From NCBI GenBank assembly GCA_042088965.1, contig JBELLC010000002.1:1-56578 (forward strand): a stretch of DNA of 56,578 nt. The letters are read 5' to 3'. Made by a program: the position numbers and the translations under genes. The notes under the pieces are model-generated. The model saw only the letters and a program-made list of their open reading frames with translations. It did not search any database and was not told the DNA's origin. Origin of the DNA: Nisaea sp. (GTDB lineage: Bacteria > Pseudomonadota > Alphaproteobacteria > Thalassobaculales > Thalassobaculaceae). Below, in pieces: positions 26,664 to 35,853 of this stretch (the first letter of the stretch is position 1; each line of letters opens with the position of its first letter).

Positions 26664-27575
26664 ATGACGAATACCATCGTTAGCTCTGCCTCTCGGGAAG
26701 TCGTGATCGGCTTTGATCGTCCCTTCTGTGTCATTGGGGAACGGATTAATCCCACGGGCCGAAAACTGCTGGCAGCCGAAATGGCCACAGGCGATTATAG
26801 CCGCGTCGAAAGCGATGCTTTGGCACAGGTGGCCGCAGGTGCCACCATGCTGGATGTCAACGCCGGAATCCCGTTGGCGGATGAGCCCCGCATTCTGGCG
26901 GAAAGCATCCAATTGGTGCAGTCACTAACCGATCTGCCCTTGTCCATCGACAGCTCAATCGTTGCTGCCCTTGAGGCTGGATTGGCGGTTTATCAGGGCA
27001 AAGCCTTGGTCAACTCGGTAACGGGCGAAGATGAGCGCTTGGAAGAAGTCTTGCCGCTGATCAAGAAATATGGTGCTGCGGTGGTCGCCATCTCTAATGA
27101 CGAAACAGGCATTTCTGAAGACCCAGATGTGCGCTTTGAGGTGGCCCGCAAAATTGTTGAACGCGCCGCCGATTTTGGAATCGCCGCCTGTGATGTGGTG
27201 GTTGACCCGCTGATCATGCCTGTCGGGGCGCTGAATGGCGCGGGTGCCGGGGCTTTAGCCCTGATCCGACGGTTACGTGATGAGCTCAAGGTCAATACAA
27301 CCTGCGGGGCATCGAATATCTCGTTTGGCTTGCCCAACCGACATGGCTTAAACGCCGCATTTTTAAGCATGGCCATCGGTGCGGGTATGACATCGGCCAT
27401 TATGAACCCGCTCCACGCCGAGGAAATGACCGGCGTCATGGGCGCAAATGTGATGATGGGAAATGACCCTGAGTGCCGCACATGGATCAAGCGCTTCCGT
27501 GAGCCGCCACCGCAATCAGCAGATGGCACAGAACGCCGCGGCCGCCGGGAAAGTCGCCGCCGACGCGCCTCGTAA
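26664..27575 (+). CDS. Pterin-binding (methyltetrahydrofolate:corrinoid methyltransferase) domain protein
   Basis: IGERINPTGRKLL and NSV.../SNISFGLP are the MetH/AcsE pterin-binding barrel motifs. It is a stand-alone 303-aa protein with an Arg-rich C-terminal tail. Confidence 0.8.
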   Translation: MTNTIVSSASREVVIGFDRPFCVIGERINPTGRKLLAAEMATGDYSRVESDALAQVAAGATMLDVNAGIPLADEPRILAESIQLVQSLTDLPLSIDSSIVAALEAGLAVYQGKALVNSVTGEDERLEEVLPLIKKYGAAVVAISNDETGISEDPDVRFEVARKIVERAADFGIAACDVVVDPLIMPVGALNGAGAGALALIRRLRDELKVNTTCGASNISFGLPNRHGLNAAFLSMAIGAGMTSAIMNPLHAEEMTGVMGANVMMGNDPECRTWIKRFREPPPQSADGTERRGRRESRRRRAS

Positions 27576-27586
27576 CGGACAAAATC

Positions 27587-29635
27587 ATGAGCGATGGGCG
27601 ATCACCAAAAACTCAGGACAACGCAGTTGAAAAGCAGGCTTGGGCGGTGTTTTTGCCCTCTGGTCGGCGGGGCCAGTTCCCGCTTGGAACACCGTTACTG
27701 CAGGCCGCCCGTCAGCTCGGGGTGGATATCGATTCTGTTTGCGGTGGGCGGGGTTTATGCGGGCGCTGTCAAATTACCGTCAGCGAGGGTCATTTTGCGA
27801 AATTCGCCGTGCATTCCCAAGGCGTTAATCTGTCTCCGCTCAGCAAGGTTGAAAAAGCTTACGATCAACGCAACAGCCTCGCTGCCGACCGCCGCCTCGC
27901 CTGCTCGACCTTACTGGTCGGCGATGTGGTCATCGATGTGCCCGCAGATAGCCAAGTTCACAAGCAGATCGTCCGAAAACGCCCCGAAGTGCGTGACATT
28001 GAAATTCAGCCGCTGACCCGATTACATTATGTCGAGGTCAGCCAGCCTAATTTGCATGAACCAACAGGAGATTTCCGGCGATTATGCGAAAACCTCCGCG
28101 AGCAATGGCCAGACTGGGACATACAGGATGATCTGACATGTGATCATTCGGTGCTTCAAAATCTTCAAAAATCCCTCCGAGAGGGAGAGTGGAAGGTCAC
28201 CGTTGCGGTCCGCGAAGGCCATCATGTTGTCGCCATCTGGCCCGGCTTTCGAAATCGCTTGCTTGGCCTCGCGGTGGATATCGGCTCCACCACTATGTCC
28301 GGTCACCTTTGTGATTTGGCAACCGGCGAGGTGCTGAGTTCTGTCGGTGTGATGAACCCGCAGATCCGCTTTGGTGAAGACCTGATGAGCCGGGTTTCCT
28401 ATGTCATGATGAACCCTGGCGGCGATGTCGAGATGACTCGGGTCGTCCGCGAGGCGATTAATCACATGGCCACCCAAGCAACAGCTGAAATCGGGACTGG
28501 GCCTGAAGATATTCTTGATCTGGTTTTTGTCGGCAATCCGGTCATGCATCACTTGATGCTCGGCTTAGATCCCACAGAACTTGGCGGCGCGCCGTTTGCT
28601 TTGGCAATTGATTCAGCGGTTGAACGCCAGGCGAGCGAACTGGACCTGCGTCTTAATCCTGGCGCGCGGGTTTACGCCTTGCCCTGTATCGCCGGGCATG
28701 TGGGCGCGGATACCGCTGCTGTGGTGCTGTCCGAAGCCCCCCAGCAACAAGATGCCATGACCCTGATTGTCGACGTTGGCACCAATGCCGAATTGGTCCT
28801 TGGCAACCGTCACCGCCTGGTTGCCGCCTCCAGCCCAACCGGCCCCGCCTTTGAAGGGGCGCAGATATATTCTGGCCAGCGGGCAGCGCCAGGGGCGATT
28901 GAGCGGGTCCGCATTGACCCGCAGACCCTAGAGCCACGGTTTAAAATCATCGGCTGTGAGAGTTGGTCTGACAGCGATGAATTCGCTGACTTAAGCCGCC
29001 AGGTTGGCATCACCGGCATTTGTGGCAGCGGTATTATTGAAGCCATTGGCGAAATGTTGCTGGCAGGGATTATCAGCAAGGATGGCGTGATAAATGGCCA
29101 TTTGGCGGACAAGTCACCACGTCTGATCGCTTATGGCCGGACATTTGGCTATCAATTACACGGCGATATTGCTGTCACCCAGACAGACGTGCGGGCCGTT
29201 CAGCTTGCCAAAGCAGCGCTCTATGCGGGCGCGCGGTTGTTGATGGAAAAGCTGAATGTTACAGCCGTTGACCGCGTTGTGTTAGCGGGTGCCTTTGGCA
29301 GTCATATTGACACCAAATATGCGATGCTGCTGGGGATGATCCCCGATTGTGATTTGACGCAAGTTTGGTCGGCGGGCAATGCCGCCGGCACCGGCGCGCG
29401 TATTGCGTTATTGAATCGTCATGCCCGCCGAGAGATCGAGCAATTGGTCCGCCAGATTGAAAAGATCGAAACCGCGATTGAGCCACAATTCCAAGAGCAT
29501 TTCGTCGCCGCCATGGCCATCCCACACCGCGATGAAGCCTTTCCTGAACTTGCCCAAGTCGTCAGCCTGCCCTCAGTGGCACCTGCCGCAACCGATGGAC
29601 AGCGTGGGCGCCGCCGCCGCCGTCATCGCGGTTAA
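27587..29635 (+). CDS. RamA/RACo-like corrinoid reductive activator (N-terminal 2Fe-2S ferredoxin plus ASKHA ATPase domain)
   Basis: The plant-type ferredoxin motif CGGRGLCGRCQ...C is followed by LAVDIGSTT and VDVGTNAE ASKHA phosphate motifs. 682 aa, with an Arg-rich C-terminal tail. Confidence 0.8.
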   Translation: MSDGRSPKTQDNAVEKQAWAVFLPSGRRGQFPLGTPLLQAARQLGVDIDSVCGGRGLCGRCQITVSEGHFAKFAVHSQGVNLSPLSKVEKAYDQRNSLAADRRLACSTLLVGDVVIDVPADSQVHKQIVRKRPEVRDIEIQPLTRLHYVEVSQPNLHEPTGDFRRLCENLREQWPDWDIQDDLTCDHSVLQNLQKSLREGEWKVTVAVREGHHVVAIWPGFRNRLLGLAVDIGSTTMSGHLCDLATGEVLSSVGVMNPQIRFGEDLMSRVSYVMMNPGGDVEMTRVVREAINHMATQATAEIGTGPEDILDLVFVGNPVMHHLMLGLDPTELGGAPFALAIDSAVERQASELDLRLNPGARVYALPCIAGHVGADTAAVVLSEAPQQQDAMTLIVDVGTNAELVLGNRHRLVAASSPTGPAFEGAQIYSGQRAAPGAIERVRIDPQTLEPRFKIIGCESWSDSDEFADLSRQVGITGICGSGIIEAIGEMLLAGIISKDGVINGHLADKSPRLIAYGRTFGYQLHGDIAVTQTDVRAVQLAKAALYAGARLLMEKLNVTAVDRVVLAGAFGSHIDTKYAMLLGMIPDCDLTQVWSAGNAAGTGARIALLNRHARREIEQLVRQIEKIETAIEPQFQEHFVAAMAIPHRDEAFPELAQVVSLPSVAPAATDGQRGRRRRRHRG

Positions 29636-29710
29636 ACGCTTTGCCGTTTGTCAAACCTGCCGTGCCTCGATAGGCTAACGTCTTTAACGCGCCAATGATG
29701 AGGTGTCCAA

Positions 29711-30112
29711 ATGGCACAAAATATTACCAAATCCATGTTAGACTTGGTCGCAGAAGCCAACGCTGTCACCCGGCAAATCTCCCTGGCTGATGCGCTTGAC
29801 ATGCATCAGCGCGATGATGTCGTGTTCATTGACATCCGTGATGTGCGCGAAATCGCCAAGACCGGCAGAATAGCAGGCGCGCGGCACGTTCCGCGCGGTA
29901 TGTTAGAATTCTGGATTGACCCTGAAAGCCCGTATTACAAAGACTTTTTTGGCGAAGACAAAACCTTTGTTTTCTATTGCGCGGCGAGTTGGCGGTCGGC
30001 GTTATCTGCCAGGACAGCGCAAGAAATGGGGCTTGCACCTGTTGCCCATATTGATGGCGGCTTTAATGCCTGGCGTGATGCTGGCGGACCTATTGAGCCG
30101 CCGCGAGACTAG
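29711..30112 (+). CDS. Rhodanese-domain sulfurtransferase
   Basis: A 133-aa single rhodanese domain with the active-site loop YCAASWRS. Confidence 0.8.
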   Translation: MAQNITKSMLDLVAEANAVTRQISLADALDMHQRDDVVFIDIRDVREIAKTGRIAGARHVPRGMLEFWIDPESPYYKDFFGEDKTFVFYCAASWRSALSARTAQEMGLAPVAHIDGGFNAWRDAGGPIEPPRD

Positions 30113-30588
30113 ACACGCTGGGCAGTTAACGCCTTAAAGGCAGGCCCCGAAAGTTCAAAATCCGCACAGTCAAACTGTCGCCCCCCAAGCGCTTGATAGA
30201 ACGCCATGGCGGAATGATTGTCTTGCAAACATTGCCATGTCATCCAGGTCCCGCCAAGGGCGGTGCAGGCATTGGCTAGGGCGTGCATCAAAGCCCGCCC
30301 AACGCCTTGGCGGCGGACCTTTTCGAGGACACATAAATCCATCAGATGCAGACCAGGGTGTGCAGAATCAATATCATACATATCACGGTAGAGGGCATAA
30401 CCGACGGCGACGCCGCCTCGCTCTGCGATCACGCCATCAAACAAACGGTTTTCACCAAAGCCATAACGCTGAAAATCAGCAACGGAAAAAGCCGCTGCGT
30501 TTTTGCCATCAAATGCCGCTAACGTCGCTGCTAAGCTGACCACGGTTTGCGCGTCAGACAAGGAAATTTTCCGTACCGAAACATTCAT
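30109..30588 (-). CDS. GNAT family N-acetyltransferase
   Basis: The acetyl-CoA-binding motif VRRQGVGRALM is present. I start it at the ATG at 30588 (MNVSVRK, 159 aa). The 277-aa ORF-track version runs across the divergent promoter region. Confidence 0.75.
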   Translation of the reverse strand: MNVSVRKISLSDAQTVVSLAATLAAFDGKNAAAFSVADFQRYGFGENRLFDGVIAERGGVAVGYALYRDMYDIDSAHPGLHLMDLCVLEKVRRQGVGRALMHALANACTALGGTWMTWQCLQDNHSAMAFYQALGGRQFDCADFELSGPAFKALTAQRV

Positions 30589-30656
30589 TGCATCGCCCCC
30601 CCTAGAAACTACCGACAAATTGACAACATAATGAGGACAGGCAGTAGGCAAAGCAA

Positions 30657-31388
30657 ATGACCGATGAACGTGACAAATCGCTGACCAAAAAGCCGCCACA
30701 CCAACAGGTATCGGCCAATAATGATGTGGCCGCGTTTCTGAATAAGGTACAGGCAACGCCACGCCAGCAACCAGCAGGCCGACAAGGTCGGTTGATTTTT
30801 GCCATGGATGCCACAGCATCCCGCGAGCCAAGCTGGGATCGTGCCTGCCAAATTCAAGGGAGCATGTTCCAAGCAACCGCAGCCATTGGCCAGTTAAGTA
30901 TTCAACTGGTGTTTTATCGTGGCTTTGGTGAATGCAAGTCATCCAAATGGCATGACCAGCCAGCGGGCTTGCTGCGGGCGATGACGGCGGTGCGCTGTCT
31001 GGGTGGGCGCACCCAGATTGGTCGGGTTTTGGGCCATGCTTTGAAAGAAAACACCCGATCGCCGGTTGATGCCTTGGTATTTGTTGGCGATGCTTTTGAA
31101 GAAGATATCGACAGCGTTTGCCATAGCGCCGGAGAACTGGGTTTAAAAGGTGTGCCTGTGTTCATGTTCCACGAGGGCGGCGAGCCGATCGCAGCCCGGG
31201 CGTTTTCACAGATCGCGAAACTGAGCGGCGGTGCCTATTGCGCCTTTGACAGCCAAAGCGCAGAGCAGTTGCGCCAGCTTCTGGCTGCTGTCGCCGTTTA
31301 TGCCAGTGGCGGTCATCACGCCTTACTGGCACATGCAGAAAAAACCGGCGGCGCGGCCCTGCAACTTACCCACAAACTGGGACGCTGA
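30657..31388 (+). CDS. von Willebrand factor type A (VWA) domain protein
   Basis: LIFAMDATASR is the MIDAS-like DxTxS strand. An alternating beta/alpha pattern follows, and VFVGDAFEE is present. 243 aa, cytoplasmic. Confidence 0.65.
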   Translation: MTDERDKSLTKKPPHQQVSANNDVAAFLNKVQATPRQQPAGRQGRLIFAMDATASREPSWDRACQIQGSMFQATAAIGQLSIQLVFYRGFGECKSSKWHDQPAGLLRAMTAVRCLGGRTQIGRVLGHALKENTRSPVDALVFVGDAFEEDIDSVCHSAGELGLKGVPVFMFHEGGEPIAARAFSQIAKLSGGAYCAFDSQSAEQLRQLLAAVAVYASGGHHALLAHAEKTGGAALQLTHKLGR

Positions 31389-32137
31389 TGGCCTATTTGA
31401 TCCTTGGTATTGGGGTTTTAATCGGCGGTATTTTGCTGGTGCGCTGGTTTGCTACTGCGCAGCCACAGCAGATTGTTTCAGGGGCAAAATGGGTTGCCCT
31501 TGCCCTTGGCGCGGCAGTGATCATCTTCATGCTCTTGCTCCGACGCTTCGATGTAATCGGTTGGCTATTTGCTGTCGCACTGCCATTTATGCTGCGCTTT
31601 AGCAGTTTATTCCGGCATTTGAAAACCATGCGCCGGGCCGCCGCAGGGCCATCGCCTGGGCAGTTTTCAGAAATCCGCACGCATTATTTCATCATGCGCT
31701 TAGAACATGATAGCGGCCAGCTCAGCGGTGACATTATCGCTGGCCCCTACCAAGGGCGAACGCTGCAATCCCTCACGCTGGAAGAAGCGCTTGTGTTACT
31801 GGCGCAGTGCCGCCAAAACGACCCCAATGGTGCCCAAGCCTTAGAAACCTTTATCGACCGCGTGCATGGTCCCGATTGGCGCGCCAACACTGCCAGCGGC
31901 ACCGGCCAAGGGACGGGCGGCGAAAATGCGTCGCGTCAGGGTCACCCCCGACAAACCGACGATGTTATGACCCCGCAGCGGGCCGCAGAAATCCTTGGTG
32001 TCAGCGTAAACGCCAGTGCCCAAGAAATCCGCAGCGCCCACCGCCGGTTGATGAAAATCGCCCATCCCGACCAAGGGGGTTCAGACTTTCTGGCAACGCA
32101 AATAAACCGCGCCAAAGATAGCCTCTTGGGCCGGTGA
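31388..32137 (+). CDS. Membrane-anchored J-domain (DnaJ-like) protein
   Basis: It has 2-3 N-terminal transmembrane helices. The C-terminal J domain carries the HPD motif (RRLMKIAHPDQGGS). Its start overlaps the VWA stop (TGATG). Confidence 0.8.
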   Translation: MAYLILGIGVLIGGILLVRWFATAQPQQIVSGAKWVALALGAAVIIFMLLLRRFDVIGWLFAVALPFMLRFSSLFRHLKTMRRAAAGPSPGQFSEIRTHYFIMRLEHDSGQLSGDIIAGPYQGRTLQSLTLEEALVLLAQCRQNDPNGAQALETFIDRVHGPDWRANTASGTGQGTGGENASRQGHPRQTDDVMTPQRAAEILGVSVNASAQEIRSAHRRLMKIAHPDQGGSDFLATQINRAKDSLLGR

Positions 32138-32232
32138 GCGATGCTTGCGTCGCCCGTGAGCCTATGGCAAAAGAACTTGCAGACGGTTAACAATGTTGCC
32201 TTCGCAACAGCTTGATGGAGGAGTAATTCGGA

Positions 32233-33108
32233 ATGGCGCAGCCAGTTCGAAAGGCGATTTTGCCGGTTGGCGGCATGGGAACGCGATTTCTTCCAGCAAC
32301 CAAATCGATGCCAAAGGAAATGCTGCCCGTTGTCGATAAACCGCTGATTCAATACGCTGTTGATGAGGCGCGGGAAGCAGGGATCGAACAGCTGATTTTT
32401 GTCACCGGACGCGGCAAAACCGCGATTGAAGACCATTTTGATCATGCTTATGAATTACAGGACATACTGACAAGGCTCAAAAAAACTTCCGCTTTGGAAC
32501 TTGTTAAAGAAACCATTCCGACGCCAGGGCAGCTTGCGTTTATTCGCCAGCAAGAGCCTTTGGGCCTCGGTCATGCGGTTTGGTGCGCCCGTCATTTCGC
32601 AGGCGAAGAGCCTGTCGCGGTGCTGCTGGCAGACGATCTTATTTTAAACACTCCAGGGTGCCTTCGCCAAATGGTTGATGCTTATGCACAGGTTGGCGGC
32701 AACATGATCGCAACTATGGAGGTCGCACCAGAACAAACCGCCAGCTATGGCGTCATCGATGCAGGTAAGTCATCCGGGCAATTAATTGAGGTGCGCGGCC
32801 TGGTTGAAAAGCCAAAACCAGCCGACGCTCCGTCTAATCTGGCTGTCATCGGACGCTACATCATCCAACCAAATATCTTTAACGATCTGGCGCGGATGGA
32901 ACAAGGGGCTGGTGGTGAAATCCAACTGACCGATGCCTTGGCACGACAAGTTGGCAAAACCCCCTTTCATGGGTTTCGATTTGAGGGTAAACGCTTTGAT
33001 TGCGGCAGTAAGGTTGGCTTTTTGGAAGCCAATATCGCCTATGCCATGAACCGGGTCGATATGGCACCGCAAGTGCAAGATATCATTAACACCTTCGTCA
33101 AAGGATAA
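32233..33108 (+). CDS. galU: UTP--glucose-1-phosphate uridylyltransferase
   Basis: AILPVGGMGTRFLPATKSMPKEMLPVVDKPLIQY is present. Confidence 0.9.
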   Translation: MAQPVRKAILPVGGMGTRFLPATKSMPKEMLPVVDKPLIQYAVDEAREAGIEQLIFVTGRGKTAIEDHFDHAYELQDILTRLKKTSALELVKETIPTPGQLAFIRQQEPLGLGHAVWCARHFAGEEPVAVLLADDLILNTPGCLRQMVDAYAQVGGNMIATMEVAPEQTASYGVIDAGKSSGQLIEVRGLVEKPKPADAPSNLAVIGRYIIQPNIFNDLARMEQGAGGEIQLTDALARQVGKTPFHGFRFEGKRFDCGSKVGFLEANIAYAMNRVDMAPQVQDIINTFVKG

Positions 33109-33114
33109 ACCACA

Positions 33115-34425
33115 ATGCGGATTGCGATGATCGGCACGGGCTATGTCGGCCTCGTTTCTGGTGCTTGTTTCTCTGAATTTGGCGTTGAGGTGGTTTGCGT
33201 CGACAAAGATGCTGGTAAAATTGAGCGTTTGCGTCGGGGTGAAATTCCCATTTATGAGCCTGGATTGGAAACCCTTGTCGGCAATAACGTGAAAGCAGGG
33301 CGGCTATCTTTTACCCAAGACCTTTCAGCAGCCGTTGCCAGTGCTGACGCGGTTTTCATCGCTGTTGGCACCCCCAGTCGGCGCGGTGATGGCCATGCGG
33401 ACCTGTCCTATGTTTATGGCGCGGCTGAGGAAATTGCCGCCGCGTTGGTCGGCTATACGGTCGTTGTCACGAAATCAACGGTGCCGGTTGGCACGGGCCG
33501 TGAGGTTGCCGATATTATTTCTAAAGTCCGCCCTGATGCGGCGTTTGATATTTGTTCAAACCCAGAATTTCTGCGCGAAGGCTCGGCAATTGATGATTTC
33601 ATGCGACCCGACCGGGTGGTGATCGGCGCTGATGCAGAGCCCGCACGCGAGGTGATGAAAGCGCTTTATCGGCCCCTGTTTCTGATTGAAACGCCAATTG
33701 TTTTCACCAGCTTAGAAACCTCGGAGCTGATTAAATATGCTGGCAATACGTTTTTGGCGACCAAGATCACCTTCATCAATGAAATCGCCAATCTGTGTGA
33801 ACAGGTTGGCGCAGACGTGCATGATGTTGCCAAAGGCATTGGCTTGGATGGCCGCATTGGCCGCAAGTTCTTGCATCCGGGGCCTGGTTACGGCGGCTCG
33901 TGTTTTCCAAAAGACACACTCGCCTTGGTGAAAACCGCCCAAGACGCCGGCACGCCCTTGCGCATTGTGGAAACGGTGGTTGACGTTAACGAGAAGCGTA
34001 AAGCAGAAATGGCCGAAAAGATCATCACTGCCTGCGGCGGCAGTGTGGTCGGCAAGACCATCGCTGTTTTAGGGCTAACGTTCAAACCCAATACCGATGA
34101 TATGCGCGATTCCCCCAGTCTGACGATTATCCCTGCCCTACAGGCCGCAGGTGCAACTCTTCGGGCCTTTGATCCCGAAGGCATGCCAGAGGCGCAACAA
34201 TTGCTCGAAGATGTTCACTGGTGTGACGATGCCTATGATGCAATGACCGGCGCAGATGCCGTCGCCCTGGTGACGGAATGGAACCAGTTCCGGGCGCTCA
34301 ACTTCGAGCGCGCCAAAAAAGTGCTGAAAGCGCCGCTGATGATTGACCTGAGAAATGTTTACAATCCTGATGAGATGGCCCGTCTGAATTTCAATTACAG
34401 CTGTATCGGCCGCCCCACCTCATAG
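33115..34425 (+). CDS. ugd: UDP-glucose 6-dehydrogenase
   Basis: MRIAMIGTGYVGLVSG and the catalytic GGSCFPKD motif are present. Confidence 0.9.
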   Translation: MRIAMIGTGYVGLVSGACFSEFGVEVVCVDKDAGKIERLRRGEIPIYEPGLETLVGNNVKAGRLSFTQDLSAAVASADAVFIAVGTPSRRGDGHADLSYVYGAAEEIAAALVGYTVVVTKSTVPVGTGREVADIISKVRPDAAFDICSNPEFLREGSAIDDFMRPDRVVIGADAEPAREVMKALYRPLFLIETPIVFTSLETSELIKYAGNTFLATKITFINEIANLCEQVGADVHDVAKGIGLDGRIGRKFLHPGPGYGGSCFPKDTLALVKTAQDAGTPLRIVETVVDVNEKRKAEMAEKIITACGGSVVGKTIAVLGLTFKPNTDDMRDSPSLTIIPALQAAGATLRAFDPEGMPEAQQLLEDVHWCDDAYDAMTGADAVALVTEWNQFRALNFERAKKVLKAPLMIDLRNVYNPDEMARLNFNYSCIGRPTS

Positions 34426-34459
34426 ATAAAATGCCAATGTCACCCAGAAGGATCAGGCC

Positions 34460-35845
34460 ATGACGGCAGTTCATCACTTTGACCCAACGATTCTCCGCGA
34501 ATACGATATCCGCGGGATCATGGACGAGACCTTAAGCCGCGCAGACGCTTATGCCATTGGCTTAGGTTTTGGCAGCATCTTGCAGGAGCGCGGCGGCAGC
34601 CGCGCCGCCGTCGGCTATGACGGTCGGCACAGCTCTCCGATGCTGCATGACGCCGTTATTGAAGGGCTGCAGGCAAGTGGCGTATCGGCCACATCGATTG
34701 GCATGGGGCCAACGCCGATGTTGTATTACGCCACCTACACGCTTGAGGTTGACGGCGGGATCATGATTACCGGATCCCATAACCCGGCGAATTACAATGG
34801 CTTTAAAATGATGATGCTAAAGGCGTCATTTTACGGTGACGATATCCAGGAACTTGGTGCCCGCCTTGCGCGCGGCGACGTTAGCAGCGGTGCTGGTGCG
34901 TTCAATCGTATTGATATTCGCACAGAATATCGCCAACGGATCTGCGAAGATTTTACCCCTAAGCGACGTTTAAAGATTGTCTGGGATTGCGGTAATGGCG
35001 CTGCGGGTGAGGTTTTGGCCGATCTATGCCAGCATGTTGACGCCGACCATACGGTTTTATATGGCGATGTTGACGGTAGCTTTCCCAATCACCACCCCGA
35101 CCCAACTGTGGCGGAAAACCTTGTTGATTTGATTGCTGAGGTGAAAGCACAAAAAGCCGATATTGGCATTGGCTTTGATGGCGATGGTGATCGCATCGGC
35201 GTCGTCGATGATCAAGGGCGGATCATTTGGGGTGATCAATTGCTGGCCATTTTGGCCGAAGAAGTTCTGGTTGATTTTCCAGGCGCCACTGTGATCGCGG
35301 ACGTCAAAGCCAGCCAAGCGTTGTTTGACCGTATCAGTGAGCTTGGCGGCCAGCCGCTCATGTGGCGCACAGGGCATTCCCTGATCAAAAGTAAAATGCT
35401 GGAGAGCGGCGCGCCGCTGGCCGGTGAAATGAGCGGCCATATCTTTATGAAAGACCGCTATTACGGTTTTGATGATGCGCTGTATGTGGCCATGCGTTTG
35501 GTCGCCCGCCTGACCCAGAGCGAGGAGAAGATATCCGCCATGCGTGACAGGATCGCAGACATGGTCAATACCCCTGAAATTCGTATCGATATCGATGAAG
35601 CTGTCAAATTCAGCAGTATTGAGGCGATTAAATCCTGGTTGGCAGAAAACCGTGATCATGCGGTGAATGATATTGACGGGGTGCGGGTTAATACACCTGA
35701 TGGCTGGTGGCTGTTGCGCGCCTCAAATACCCAAAACGTTCTGGTCGCCCGCTGCGAGGCCAGCGATGAGGCTGGACTTGAACGCTTAAAAGATGATGTA
35801 CGCGCCGCATTAGCTGCCGTGTCCGTGAGCAGCGACGCTGTTTAG
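34460..35845 (+). CDS. Phosphomannomutase/phosphoglucomutase
   Basis: It has the active-site motif TGSHNPANYNGFK, the metal loop FDGDGDR and the sugar loop GEMSGH. Confidence 0.9.
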   Translation: MTAVHHFDPTILREYDIRGIMDETLSRADAYAIGLGFGSILQERGGSRAAVGYDGRHSSPMLHDAVIEGLQASGVSATSIGMGPTPMLYYATYTLEVDGGIMITGSHNPANYNGFKMMMLKASFYGDDIQELGARLARGDVSSGAGAFNRIDIRTEYRQRICEDFTPKRRLKIVWDCGNGAAGEVLADLCQHVDADHTVLYGDVDGSFPNHHPDPTVAENLVDLIAEVKAQKADIGIGFDGDGDRIGVVDDQGRIIWGDQLLAILAEEVLVDFPGATVIADVKASQALFDRISELGGQPLMWRTGHSLIKSKMLESGAPLAGEMSGHIFMKDRYYGFDDALYVAMRLVARLTQSEEKISAMRDRIADMVNTPEIRIDIDEAVKFSSIEAIKSWLAENRDHAVNDIDGVRVNTPDGWWLLRASNTQNVLVARCEASDEAGLERLKDDVRAALAAVSVSSDAV

Positions 35846-35853
35846 AGTTTACA

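Noticed and set aside
30109-30112. The convergent rhodanese and GNAT genes share a palindromic CTAG in which both stop codons overlap.
   Set aside because: It is a real feature of the sequence, but most simply a chance consequence of TAG stops on both strands. No functional implication can be supported.
30589-30942. The N-terminal 118-aa extension of the GNAT ORF, which would overlap the VWA gene start on the other strand.
   Set aside because: The GNAT fold is complete from MNVSVRK (30588). The extension has no acetyltransferase features and crosses the divergent promoter region.
32233-35845. galU-ugd-pgm as a possible exopolysaccharide or capsule locus.
   Set aside because: Only nucleotide-sugar precursor genes are present. 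No glycosyltransferase, polymerase or export gene is adjacent. This looks like ordinary housekeeping clustering.
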